From assembly GCA_964016885.1 (NCBI GenBank), contig OZ024742.1:312294001-312358000 (forward strand): a stretch of DNA of 64,000 nucleotides, read 5' to 3'. Origin of the DNA: Eledone cirrhosa (taxonomy: Eukaryota). The notes beneath the pieces were generated by a model that ran no database searches, was not told where the DNA came from, and saw only the letters and a program-made list of their open reading frames with translations. The position numbers were made by a program, and so were the translations under genes. The number at the start of each line of letters is the position of its first letter. Positions within the stretch are counted from its first letter, which is position 1. Shown here in pieces: positions 25,394 through 38,791 of this stretch.

Positions 25394-25610
25394 CCCTTTA
25401 GCATTTACACACTATAATATACTATTGTATTTTTGTGGTAAAGGCTTTATCTCACACGATTATCTGACTTAATATTGAATCTTATGAGATTTTGATATTT
25501 ATTTTGAGAACAATACCTTAACGTCAGTATGAGTAGCTAGTTATGGCTGGTTTGAACAGAAAGAGGTGAGAGAATTCTGGCCGGATATGACAGGTTTAAA
25601 TGCTAAAGGA
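25394..25610. mobile_element. TTAA MITE family A
   Basis: TTAA-CCCTTTAGCATTTA...TAAATGCTAAAGGA-TTAA. Confidence 0.85.
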
Positions 25611-26281
25611 TTAATAGTTTTGAATTATTGAACCAGGGCCAGTTTTAGCTGGTTCAGTGGAATGGTTCAAGAAAATATAGTGGCTATATTGATTTCATGC
25701 TTAGACATGAGGCCACGGATTTAAAGATGGAATGAGATTGTGTGATGTCATATATACCAAAAGGAAATAAATTTGTATAAAAAATGAACAGCAGACTTCC
25801 TCCACTGGAAGCTAACTTCTTTCTCTCTTCAAATATAACCAGAGACAAGACCAGTTTTATAATCGAGGATAATAATTAATTAAATTTACATCAGTGTATC
25901 ACTGGTATATATTATCATCACAGTTTAACATCTATTTTTTCATTTGCTTTGGTTAGACTGGTTGTCATGCTAAGACAATTCAAGTCAGGTGACCATATCT
26001 TGCTCTTAAGGATCTATATTTTGGCTTAGTTTCTAAAACAGGATGGGTGTTTTGTTGTTGTAGCACCAGATCACCATATGAGGTAGCCTTTGTATTTTTA
26101 TATATTTCTTTGGGTGGCCTTTGTGTGTTTCTATTTATTTATTTTTACACACACACATATATATACACACACATATATATATACATACATATATATAAGG
26201 AATGTAATGTCCAGTTTACTGTAGGTTCACCAAAGGTAGCACATGATGCATAGTTTCCAGTAAGTATAAAGGCATACATAT

Positions 26282-26530
26282 ATCATCATCATCATCGATT
26301 ATCGTCCATCTTCCACGCTAGCATGGGTTTGGACGGGAATTTTCCCACTTGAGGCAAGATTGGTTGTCTTGCTTGTATAGGACTGTCTGGCGGGTTTTCT
26401 ACGGCTGGATGCCCTTCATAACACCAACCACGTTTACAGTGTGGACTGGGAGGTTTTTACCGTGTAACCTACACGGCCACATTACAGCGTGTACTATGTT
26501 TTTTTGTCGTAACACCTTCACAACCTCATT
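26282..26530 (-). mobile_element. Short 3'-end copy matching the RTE subfamily 2 3'UTR
   Basis: Reverse complement aligns with 48630-48880 (CTCAAGTGGGAAAA..CCCGTCCAAACCCATGC..GGACG..GATGATG). Confidence 0.8.
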
Positions 26531-26634
26531 TATATATATATATAATAGACATACATCTCTCTCTCTCTATATATATATATATAATAGACATACATATCTA
26601 TATATATATATATATATATATATACAATAGACAT

Positions 26635-26932
26635 ATCATCATTTCATTCATCATTTCATTTTACGTCCGCTTTTTCCCTGCTTGCAAGGGTGGGACGGGA
26701 ACTGATTCTGGCTTGATTTCTACAGCTGGATGCCCTTCCTAACACCAACCTCATTTACAGTGAGTGCTTTGCAGTGGAATAATATGGACCCCATTTCTAC
26801 AGCTGAGTAAACTGGAACAATGTGAAATAAAGTGTCTTGCCCAAGGAAACAACATATCACCCAGTCTGAGAATTGAACTCACAACCTTTCGATTGCAAGA
26901 CCAATGCTCTAACCACTAAGCCATGTGCCTTC
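26635..26932 (-). mobile_element. Young CORE-type SINE (copy B, two internal deletions)
   Basis: Reverse complement of copy A; lacks part of the middle and half of the internal hairpin. Confidence 0.9.
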
Positions 26933-26985
26933 ATATATATAATAGACATATATATATATATATATATAATAGACATATATATATA

Positions 26986-27268
26986 TATGCAAATTAGGCT
27001 GCTCAGCCGTTAATTTTCATAAGGAAAGTATATACTTTCGAACGTTCAACTATCTGGCAGATGGGTAAACGGTGCTGATGATAACTAACAAGCTTGAAAC
27101 TAGTACATCGTTCCTGTGTCAGTGTTGAACAAAAAGGTGACGTGGTTGCCTTAACACCGTATGGCATAAATTCAGGCTGTTCAGTTTGTTTACAAACGAA
27201 CAAAGCGGCGTTATATAATAAGCGTCCGCTAAACTGATATGTGCATATATGTATGTGTACCTGTATGC

Positions 27269-27325
<57 letters not shown>

Positions 27326-27440
27326 TGCTACTGTACGTCTGTATACATATATGTATGTACGTGTACATGCATACTTACATTTAAGTAAGTGCCGTACTAA
27401 GAGTGAGAAATGAAATTTCGTTTTCATTTTATTTCAATTT
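26986..27440 (+). mobile_element. Hammerhead-containing non-coding element (~450 bp), permuted relative to 50175-50737
   Basis: Homologous to the 50-kb element with a different start point; inserted in (TA)n. Confidence 0.75.
27068..27112 (+). ncRNA. Minimal type I hammerhead ribozyme motif
   Basis: AACGGTG-CTGATGA-TAACTAACAAGCTT-GAAA-C-TA-G-TA-CATCGTT. 7-bp stem I, palindromic ACTAGT stem III, GUA site, weak stem II. Confidence 0.7.
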
Positions 27441-27450
27441 ATATATAATA

Positions 27451-27898
<448 letters not shown>

Positions 27899-27999
27899 AT
27901 ATATATATATATAATAGACATATATATATATATATATATATAATAGACATATATATATATATATATATATAATAGACATATATATATATATATATAATA

Positions 28000-28038
<39 letters not shown>

Positions 28039-28039
28039 G

Positions 28040-28071
<32 letters not shown>

Positions 28072-28072
28072 G

Positions 28073-28149
<77 letters not shown>

Positions 28150-28197
28150 GACATATATATATATATATATAATAGACATATATATATATATATATAT
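27899..28197. repeat. Compound repeat [(TA)n-ATAGACA]n
   Basis: TAATAGACA spacer recurs between TA runs; also at 26535-26634, 26933-26988, 27441-27555. Confidence 0.9.
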
Positions 28198-28331
28198 TAG
28201 AAAGCGAGGTATTTTTACAAAATGAAAAAAAAAACCGAGGTGTCCTACACGAGTGAAAGTATAATGAAAAAAAAAATGAAATCGAAAATGCAAGTGGAGT
28301 CTTATTTAAAAAAATATATATTTATTTGGTT

Positions 28332-28369
28332 CCTTTACCGGTTTCGAAGTTCTTGCGCTTTTCAAAAGT
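28332..28369 (-). ncRNA. Degenerate hammerhead-like motif in a short element (~28198-28405)
   Basis: Minus strand: ACTT-TTGAAAA-GCGCAAGAACTTC-GAAACCGGTA-AAGG..AATAAA. Palindromic ACCGGT, but the CUGANGA box is not canonical. Confidence 0.3.
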
Positions 28370-30954
28370 AGAATTGAGATGGAGGGTTTGTGGTTTTTCT
28401 CACATCTGTATATATATATATATATATATGAAAAACATGGGGAGAAGACTACTGCATGGTTGCACATGGAATACATATTATAAAATTAGTCCCTCATCAG
28501 TGATTTGCCAACGATCATTGGTATTTCATCGCATTAAAAATCATATACCTCAGGCTGGTGCGAGCAATAACTAAAATAAGCTATTGGGACAAGTAAACAA
28601 CATAGGAGGAAAAGCTAACCGAAGATGGGAATATATATATATATATATATACATATACATTCCCATGCTCTACAGCATGCATTTTATCAGTAACAGCACT
28701 AAGGAGGTTGTCATGTCTTTGACTCAGTTAAAATCTTCCTGACCATTTGGTTCATAGGTTTTCTCCAGCTGGATATGTGTGTGTGTGTGTGTGTGTGTGC
28801 ATGCGCGCGTGTGCGCGCATCTGTGTGTGTGTGTGTATATGTATATATATATATACTGGTTATACTAATTTAAAAAACACCAAAGTTCCAAGGCATTTGG
28901 TGTTTTTAAAATTAGTATATAACAGCTGTGTGAACCCCATTGCATTGAGCTTTTAACCAACCAATAAAGCAGTTTTAATACTCCATTTATTAATATTATT
29001 ACCACTATTCTGATTATATGTATATATATAAAATCAGAATATATACTAGCCATAAAACAAAAAAACAAGACTAAGACTAGAGAAATATTGCTGTGTTGTC
29101 ATCCTACTAAAGCACTTAGGAGAAGGATTAGGTGAGGGAAGGGAAGAGAGAGGAAAGAGAAAGAAGACAAAGAGACAGACTAAAATAATGAGTTTGGCAC
29201 AAGTAATTCTCTCAGAAATGATTTCTAACATTGGTGCAGAGCCAAAAAGGTTTTGGTGGGAGAAATAAGTCAATAGGATTGATACCTGTGCATGACTAAC
29301 TTCTGAACACAAGAGGGATGAAAGGTAAAGTCAACTCCAATGAGAAATAAGAATATAGAACAATGAAGGTAAATGATGTCAGATGCTTAGTTTTGATGCC
29401 AACCTGACCAAAACTGACTCGGGTTCTATAAAACAAACAAAACTACCCATTTTAAAGGGTTGCAATTGTTTCAGTTTGCTCCCTTTCGAACCCTCTCTAG
29501 GGTCTCTGGATATGTAACTTTTGTGCATCCATCTCACGCTTCTCATGACAAGTTGCAGGCCCATTGTCAGTTTGGTTCCTATTTAAATTAAAATCTTCCA
29601 TCATAATTTCATAGGAGAACCATTTTTTTAAAGTTATTATTTTAGTAATGAAATAAGAATTTTTATAAATCCCTCAAAATTAATTAACTAAAATAGAGTG
29701 TATTTGCTTAGAATTTTAATTACAACAGGATTAAAGGGTTCCTATTTAAATAAAAATCTTCCATACAATTTTAGTAATGAAATAAATAATATTTTTTATA
29801 AATCCCTCAAAACTCTTCATTAACTGAAATAAAGTGTATGTCACTAGAATTGTGGCCAGAAAAAGGTTAAAGGTTAAAGGGTTCCTATCTAATTTTATAT
29901 CTTCCAACATAACTTTATGAGAAGTACATGTTAAGTTACATTTTAGTAATGAAATAATAATTTTTATAAATCCCTCAAAATTCTTCATTAATTAACAAAA
30001 ACAGAGTGTATTTCATTATAATTATGGTTACAAAGGAGTAAACACTTTACTGACCAATGTCTTTCTTTTACTTTAATAAATTATTAACATGAGAACAAAG
30101 CCTCACAGGGGAGGAGATACGAGATCTCATGGCTTTCAAGCCTTTCCTTTATAAAAGTATAATTACAATAACCACATATCGAAGCTGGATTGAAGATGTC
30201 AGTCGTTTCATAGCTTACTTCTATTCTACACTCTGGAATAGTTCAATTCTTTACATCGCACGTGCGTGTGTGTGTGCGTGTGTATTTTTTAAGATAGTGT
30301 TAAGGTTGCAATAAAAACGATTCAAGAAAAACCACACAGGTATGGATTATGATTTCAACTATGCAGGGCCTCATTAATTTCCAGTGCACTCAGAATAATG
30401 CAATAGCTATCAGATTAGTTACAGTAAACATAGAGAATAAAGTGCCAGGAGGATGTAAATTTAACAGTGAATATTCAAGATAATTATGTAAACTATCAGA
30501 GAAAATCATATCATATATATAAAATATACTTGGATCAAGACAATGGTGTATATTTTTAGAAGAGAGTGTTATAGTTTGCTTGAAGCATTGTGTAATGTGC
30601 AGAAAATAGAGTTTTGTTTGAAAGCTACTACAATGTGAATTGGATGGTAAATGTTTGAAATCTCATGATAATGTTAGGAAGTTACCTTGCAGTTCTTGAT
30701 AGGGCCTTATATATTCAAGGTGAAAAAAAAAAAATGTTCAAAACATGGCAGCTTTAGAGCAACTCTAAAATTGTCACATATTGAACTTGTATTGAATTGT
30801 ATCGAACAAGTGCTATGTAATTGTTTAATTAGTTAACGACCGCCAATCGTATCACAATCACGTGTTTCAAGTGTGCTTGCGTTTTTTACCTATATATTAT
30901 GCTTCAGCTAAACGGGGGGACAGGGTACACAATTTTAATCTACTCAATCCATCC

Positions 30955-31510
30955 TGTAAGGTGGTGGTGTTGGTGACACAATGAAAAAGCAGCCAGTACA
31001 CCCTATTAGATAGTCATTTTGCTTTCACAATAAAAAGCACCCAGTCCACACTGTAAGGTGATCATACTGGTGAAACAACAAAAAGCACCCAGTCCACCCT
31101 GTTAGACAGTCGTTTTGGTACCACAATAACAATCACCCAGTCCACACTGTAATGTGGTTGGTGTTAGGAAGGACAATCCAGCCATAAAAACCAAGTCAAA
31201 ATGCAAATCCACATGAGCGAGATGTGGTCACCTGACCTGACTTGTTTCATAACATGACAACTCATCTGGAAAAATGGACATTAACCCTTTAGCATTCACA
31301 TTACTCTATATTTACTATTGTATTTTCACGGGAAAGGCTTTACCTCACATAATACAAAATCTATGAGAATTTTATATTATTTATATTGAGAACAATACCT
31401 CAACATTAATATGAGTAGCCGATTACTGCCTGTTTGAACAGAAAGAGGTGAGAGAATTCTGGCCAGATATGGCCGGTTTAAATGCTAAAGGGTTAAACAA
31501 TGATGATGAT

Positions 31511-31512
<2 letters not shown>
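30955..31512 (+). mobile_element. RTE-tail SINE fragment with ~48-bp tandem modules, interrupted by a MITE
   Basis: AAAAAGCACCCAGTCCAC modules, GGTTGGTGTTAGGAAGG, tail GGACATTAA|ACAATGATGATG. Confidence 0.75.
31285..31492. mobile_element. piggyBac-like MITE family A with demonstrable TTAA TSD
   Basis: Removing the element plus one TTAA restores GGAAAAATGGACATTAAACAATGATG, as seen uninterrupted at 31641-31670. Confidence 0.9.
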
Positions 31513-31548
<36 letters not shown>

Positions 31549-32284
31549 CGAGGGAGAGCAAATTGTTAGATTTTTGTTGTTTTTTAAAATTACACTCCCG
31601 CCTCCACCTCCCATATCCTTACCCTAACCCATGAAAGCATGGAAAAATGGACATTAAACAATGATGATGATGATAATATATAATATATAATATACATCAG
31701 TTCCTGTATGAGCAAGGCATGGTCAGCCGACTAGATACTGCCCACAACAGAGCAACCCGTCTAACCCATGCTAGCATGGAAGAACGGACGTAAAACGGTG
31801 ATGATGATGATGATGATGATGATACATATATATTTGGAAGGAGAGATAGATTGTTTGGATTTTCTTTTTCTTTTCAAAACTATGCTCCCCTTCTCCACTT
31901 CTACACCACACACCCCTTCTTTCCTTTCATTCTTCTCAAACATTATTTCAACAACAACTTAAATTTTTCATTCCAGCTGTTATGTTTCTTTATCATTGTT
32001 TCAGTGATGGATTCTTTTCTTTATTCTCCAATTTATTTTGCATTCTTTTTTATTTTAGTTTTTTTTTTTTCCTTGAATTTAATTTTGAGTGTTTTTTTTA
32101 TTTGTTTATTTATTTACTTATTTGCTCGTTTGTTTATTCGTGTTTGTTTTTGTTTTTTTGTTGTTGTTTCTTTCTACTCCTTGATACATTTTAAGATGGT
32201 TCCATACTGAATGTTTCCCATACGCCATTAAAAGATCAGAGAAAACTAAATTAGAGACTTACAGCTTTATAGAAAGCAATGACT

Positions 32285-32377
32285 AAATGGACTACTACTA
32301 CTACTGCTATTACTATCATCATCACCACTACCACCACCACCACCACACCACCACCACCACCACCACCACTTATTATT

Positions 32378-32421
<44 letters not shown>

Positions 32422-32485
32422 TATTATTGTTGGTGGTGGTGGTGCTGCTACTACTACTACTAATAATAATAATAATAATAATAAA
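32285..32485. repeat. Compound trinucleotide microsatellite (CTA/CAC/CAT/TGG/TAA)
   Basis: Direct inspection. Confidence 0.9.
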
Positions 32486-33421
32486 CATAATTTGAAAAGA
32501 AAACAAACCCAGACACATTCTACCAAAAGAGAGAGGGGGAGGGTATTTAAGAAACCTAGGGCTGTGTTTACAAGATGTTCCTTGGGTTTAAATTAATATT
32601 CAGCTTAATCTATGAAAATCAATTGTAAAATATATTTTAATGATACAGCAGTGCCCCCCCCCCTCCCCCACACACACACTATTTTTCTAGTGCTTTATAA
32701 ACCAGAATATAGATATAGATATGGAGAAAGAGAAAGAAGAGAAAATAGGAAACGATGGTGGCTGGGGAGGGGGAGAAATACATAGATGATTGGAAGAACA
32801 AAACAAAAAAAGAAAAGAAAGTGTGATAAATATAGTAAGCAAGATCGAGCACTCAAAATATGTATAACAGGATTATGTAATAAATACAATAGAATGTGAT
32901 GTAACTATAACATACTTGTCTTCTAATTCTTTATTTATATATATCTTTGGGACACCGGTGTACTCATGTGTGGAGATGCTATAAAATAGGGTGACCCATA
33001 AAGATGATTATATATATATATATTTATATAAAGTACATACATAGCCGATCTCTCGGACCTTTACAAAGTGCTGAGGGAATAAAGTTAATATAAAGAGTGA
33101 TGTGTTCATGTTTATGAGTACACCTCTCTTTACATCTTTATATCAACTTTATACTCTCAGTGTTTCATAGAAGATCGGCTACATATACACAATATATGTA
33201 TGCATGAGTAATAATAAATACAAAGACCAAAACGCAAAAGATCCAGTATATAGATGAAAGCAGAAATTGTTTCTTTAAATTTTTAACCTGTGCTAATAAT
33301 AAATACACACCAACACACACAATATATCCATGCTACTACAGAAAAAAAATGGAAGTAAATATGATGGTGATTATGATATGAACGTGTGTGTAAGTATGTA
33401 AATCATATGTGTGTGTCCCGG

Positions 33422-33785
33422 TTTTCAAACACACCAACTTTACCATACTACACAGGCCTTCAAACACAGTAAATGTTCCATGCTACACAGGCCTACAAAC
33501 AACATTTCCATACTACACAGTTCTTCAAACACAGCACGTTTTCCATGCTACATAGGCCTACAAACACACCAATGCTTCCATGCTACATAGGTCTTCAAAC
33601 ACACCATCTTTACTATGCTACAGAGATCTACAAAACAGCAACTTTACCATGCTACAGAGGTCTTCAAACACGGCACATTTTCCATGCTACACAGGTCTAC
33701 AAACACAGCAACACTTCCTTGCTATAGAAGTCTTCAAACACACCAACTTTACCATGCTACACAGGCCTACAAATACAGCTATTTT
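33422..33785. repeat. ~35-bp minisatellite, ~10 units
   Basis: Consensus CCATGCTACACAGGTCTwCAAACACAsCAACTTTw. Confidence 0.9.
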
Positions 33786-34866
33786 TCTGCATGTTAAATT
33801 ATATCACTCCATAAATGTAATGTTCTTTCTTTTGTTTTTTCTTTTATAAATTGGTAAAAATAAAATAATTTCAAACATCATTTTCAACAGATTAGTAGTA
33901 ATTACAAAGAAAAATAGTTGCTTGTATAGATAACATATATTTTATGAATAAACATGGTGAAAACTTCTTCAAAGAACATTATTAAAATATCTCGAAAATA
34001 AAGAACACCAAACTCAAATAATAATAGCTATTCTTGGTATTCAAATTAGTGTAATTTGCTAGTATTTTTAAATAAGATACAATGCAAATGTTAAGTTAAA
34101 TTCCAAATTCTTTTTTTTTTTAAGCCATAAATTTCTACAAATTTATCATAGATATTGAAAACCAGTTATTACAGATAATGCTCCAGTCAATTTTTAGACC
34201 ATGGAATACAAATTAACTTCTGACAGCGTCACTATCTCTCATAGTGTATGAGTACGTTTATGTATATGTGTGCATGTCATTCTCTCTCTCAAACACACAC
34301 ACTCCCTATGTTTTAATCTTTCATTGTGTACATGTGCATATGTGTGTGTATGTATATGCTTGTGCGTCATTCTCCAAGTCTTTCACACTCTCTCTCAGAC
34401 ACACACACACACTCTCTCTCTCTTTCTCTCTCTCTCACAGACACACATAAGCACACACATTTACTATGTTTTAACCTCTCGTGTGTATGTATGTATGTGC
34501 TTGTGTGTCATTCTCCAAGTCTTTCACTCTCTCACACACACCCTACGTTTTAATCTTTCACTTATCCATAACTCAAATCTTAGTCAATATCATAAAATAA
34601 TCTATATTACATTACACAAATAGCAAGATAGTCTTGTTTCAGCACAGCCACTAGTAACCAACACTCACACACTGCCTCTCCCACTCTCCCCGTAGTTCCT
34701 AATTAACCATGTCTCTAAATACACACACAATTATATACACACATACCCTCCTTACAAAATACACCCAAAAGTAGAATGCTGTAATAAAGTGGAGTTGAAA
34801 ATCAAACTTAAATATGAGGAAATATTAAAGAAAGATGTTAATGCCTACTACAACCACTGGCTAATG

Positions 34867-35042
34867 CAGTGGTTCCCAAAATGGGTTCCATGGAACCCAA
34901 GGGAGTGTCTGGTGTTCCGTGAAAAAAGTAGAGGAGTATATTTATATTATGACCATATAACAGTATTATTAGACTTTGGGGTTCTCCCAAAAGTTCCTGA
35001 ACCAAAACTGGTTCTGCATTTGAAAAGGTTTGGGAAAACCTG
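34867..35042. mobile_element. hAT-type MITE with 8-bp TSD
   Basis: TIR CAGTGGTTCCCAAA / TTTGGGAAAACCTG; exact TSD GGCTAATG at 34859-34866 and 35043-35050. Confidence 0.88.
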
Positions 35043-35053
35043 GGCTAATGTAT

Positions 35054-35255
35054 ACAAGGGTCGGCTGAAAAGTTCATAGGGTGTATATGATAAATTGATG
35101 CTAGAGCTGTGAAATCTTACATACATCAATTTCAACTTCTCTTATTAATAACTGCATTTTCCAACATTTCCAGGGCTATGTTGGAAAATAAACCTCATTT
35201 GGTCATTCCACGAGAGTATCTTGGTCAGCCTACAAACTTTTCTTCAGTGTTACTC
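35054..35255. mobile_element. Degenerate mariner-type MITE
   Basis: TA-CAAGGGTCGGCTGAAAAGTTCATAGG ... CCTACAAACTTTTC imperfect inverted ends. Confidence 0.45.
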
Positions 35256-36409
35256 ATCATATGACAAGTAATTTTGGGAGTTACTGTGAGTAACTGTAGG
35301 TAAATAAATTAAAAATGCATAAGTAGATAAAAATAATTTTTACAATATATGTAAAATTAATATGAATTCACTAATGCCAGCATTTGGCTAAAGCAATTCA
35401 TAATATTTCTTACATTCAACCAATATAGATAAAGAAAGCAGTGATTTGAACAAATGGAAAATAAAATAAATTCAGATAAAGGAATATACATTTTCATGTA
35501 TGTGTAATCTATTAGTCAAAAAGAATAAGGTAAGAGATAAAAGAAAATGTAACTTCAGCAGACGATAAACGTATTTGTGTATACATGCATACATAACTAT
35601 AGCATTTCTTTACCTCTTTCTCTCTCAGTCTCTGCCTGTAAGTTAGCTCAGTATGTATACTCATTCTTCAACCCATACATTAATTCTCTTTCTCTCTCTC
35701 CCCACTTCTCTATTATGTCAAACATGACATCGGACCAACAAACCATCATACATGAGGCATTATATATTAGAGTTACTACACTGTCCAACCCTTGCTAGCA
35801 GGGAAAAAGCAATTATGCTGATGATGATGATATACCTTAAATGTTAAAGCTCTATCATTACTTCTTTTAAGCATTAAACTGATATGTTATTTTTTCTTTT
35901 TTTTTATGCACCATCACACACTCACATTCACATATATATTATACATCATCATCATCGTTTAATGTCCATTTTCCATGCTAGCATGGGTTAGAAGGGTTGT
36001 CCTATTAGAGGCAAGTTGAGATCAGATGACCATGTCTTGCTCCTACAGAACTGCTTTTGGCATGGCTTCAACGGCTGGATGTCCTTCCTAACATCAACTA
36101 CATTTACTGTGAGTACTGGGTGCTTTTTGTCGTAACACCTATATATATATATATATATATAAGTTGCCCATGTATGCAAGTTAACAGTGGTGGCATCTCG
36201 TCTGATATTAACAATTCTGCTAATCCACAGCCCTGGACTGGTAATTTATTTATCAATCACAAAAAGATAAAAGGCAAAGTTGCCCTCAACTAGATTTGAT
36301 ACAGAGTTGGAAAAAAATATAGCATGGCATTCTAACACTTTAACTACAACTTTACCAATTCCCCATAAAAATATAAAGTTTGCAAAATGAAATAAATTCT
36401 TTTTCTGTG

Positions 36410-36532
36410 AAGAAAGAAAATGTAATGTTTTGGGTATGACCCTTTATAGAAAAGAAATGTAATGTTTTGGGGTAAGACCTTTTATAGAAGAGAAATGTAA
36501 TGTTTTGGGTAAAACCCTTTGTAGAAGAGAGA
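36410..36532. repeat. ~36-bp tandem repeat x3
   Basis: AGAAATGTAATGTTTTGGGTAwGACCCTTTATAGAAr. Confidence 0.85.
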
Positions 36533-38542
36533 TGGTGTTTACTGCTAATGCTGAATAAACTCTCCCTCTGACAAATGGTCTTGCCTGGGAAATTAGGGCC
36601 CTGTGATTTTTTTTTTTTGGGGGGGGGGGGGTTCTTGCAGCTAAATAATCTGTCTTACAAGGAAGTTATTCCTGTATAGAAGCTGCATAAGAATTTTACT
36701 GTGAACTGTCTATGGGTGTTAAATATTAATAAAACGAGTAAAAACATGAAAGAGCTGATAGAAAGTAGGATGTAGTCAATGGGCTTTATGCTTTTGTGAT
36801 TCTACAGCATTAACAGCAACCTATAAAAAAAAAAAGGTCTATAAAATTGTATTGTTATATGGTTATTTGCATGACAATCACCATCAATTCATGTGCATGT
36901 AGATTTATAAACGGACACACATATGCATGAAGAAATACACACACAAATGTGCATACTTTGTATATAAACATGTACATTATTTCTAATGAGAAGACAAGCT
37001 GGGTTAGAATTCTGAATTATTCCACACACACAAACACATACACATACACACAAACACATTGCATACACATAACATATCACATAAAATGACATCATATGTC
37101 TCGTATTAATCTAAAGTAGACATTCTGACAACTTGATGTCTTTTCTTGTTGAACCAACTGTGGAATTAATACTTTGTGAGCTTGCTGTTATAGTTATATA
37201 TCATTCTTTCTTTGTTTGTTTTAATTCAACTCAAAAGAAATTGTTCGGTTGCCATATCTCATCATGTGACTCATCACAACTGCAATTGTAAACCAGCACA
37301 AGTTGGTAATGCTATCAACAGAAAGATGTATCGTGTAGAACACTAGTTGATTGCACCTTAGTCCTATTACTTAGTTTAGAATCCTGAATCCTGCCATCTC
37401 TCTAATGCAGGGGTCCCCAAAGTGGTTAATATCGACCAGATTGAAAATTGAACTGGTAGGAGGAGAAAAAACAGTACAAGTGACAAAAACTAACATCAAC
37501 AACACCCTAACTACAGTAAATACAACTTTTACTTGAGAAAGCTATCACAAGTCACACTGCTCTAGGGTTGGGCTATTCAGTTACAGCAGACAGTGCAGCT
37601 CAAATTCTGACTTCAATGTCTCTCCAGACAGACAGATGCCAGCAGTATCTAACAAATTCTACTCACAAGACACTAGTTAACAGGAGGCTATGGTATAATG
37701 CATTTGTCTGAGGTGATACACAATGAAATTAAAACCCAAAACTATGTGGTTTGTAATGCAAACTTCTTAACCAGATAGCCATTCTGCACTAACAGATGTT
37801 TTGTTTGAGACTCAATCCACATCACACATCAGCATTTCTCAATGGCCAATGTGGTAGTAAGATCAAAACGTTTACTTATTAATTCATATAGTATATTACA
37901 TATGTTTACATCTATATTTGTGAACATTTATTTTCACAGCACACCCATGCTAGCAAGGAAGATAGATGTTAAACGATGATGTTGATGATGATGTAAACTG
38001 TTATGTGCCAGAATTGGTACTATAATAAAAAGCACCCAGTCTGGCCAGCAACGTGGTAGTGCTAGTACCATGAAGCATCCAGTCCACTCTGTAAGGTGTT
38101 AGTAGGTGGTGTTAATAAAATGCACTTAGTACATGTCATGAAGTGGTTGGTGTGAGGAAGGATACCCAGCTGTAGAAACTGCCAGAATGGAATATATGAG
38201 TGGGACACAGTCATCTGATTTACCAGGCTTCAGAATGTGACAATATGTTTAACCCATGCGAACATAGATGTAAAACAGTGATGATGATGATGATGATGGT
38301 GGGGGTGGTGTAAACCCACTGACTTACAAACTTTGTGGTTGAACATTCCCAGGTGATCAGGTACCTATTCCTAGTAGCTGGTGCCCCACACAGAAATGCA
38401 ATGAATACTTACATTGGTTTTAAACTCATTACATCTTAAAAACAGTAAAATACCATATCCACTGAGCTGTCTTGCATTTACAAAATTAACCCATGCTAGC
38501 GTGGAAGATGGACGTTAAAACGATGATGATGATGATGATGAA

Positions 38543-38791
38543 CTCTTTCATTACCATATTTCTAATAAAAGACACTACCTATAAATCTTAAATAATTTTG
38601 AAAATCAGTAAGAATTTGGTGGGGTTTAGTAATATGACAGTCATTTTTAACTGGTGTTTGAAACACAGCTTAACAAAGAGTCTTACATAAAATTGTGATG
38701 AAAGGGTTTTATATAAACATAAACATTTTAAAACAAACAGTGATGTATTGTAGAATTAGAGGCAACTTTAGGTAGTTCGGTATCAAAAGGG
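38543..38791. mobile_element. TTAA MITE family B
   Basis: AA-CTCTTTCATTACCATATTTC...GGTATCAAAAGGG-TTAA; similar copy at 52266-52495. Confidence 0.65.

Noticed and set aside
30830-30930. CpG-containing patch with CCAAT and CACGTG as a promoter
   Set aside because: Short motifs expected by chance; no associated gene start.
33422-33785. CRISPR-like array
   Set aside because: Inter-repeat segments are short and mutually similar, repeats are degenerate, there are no cas genes, and the context is eukaryotic.
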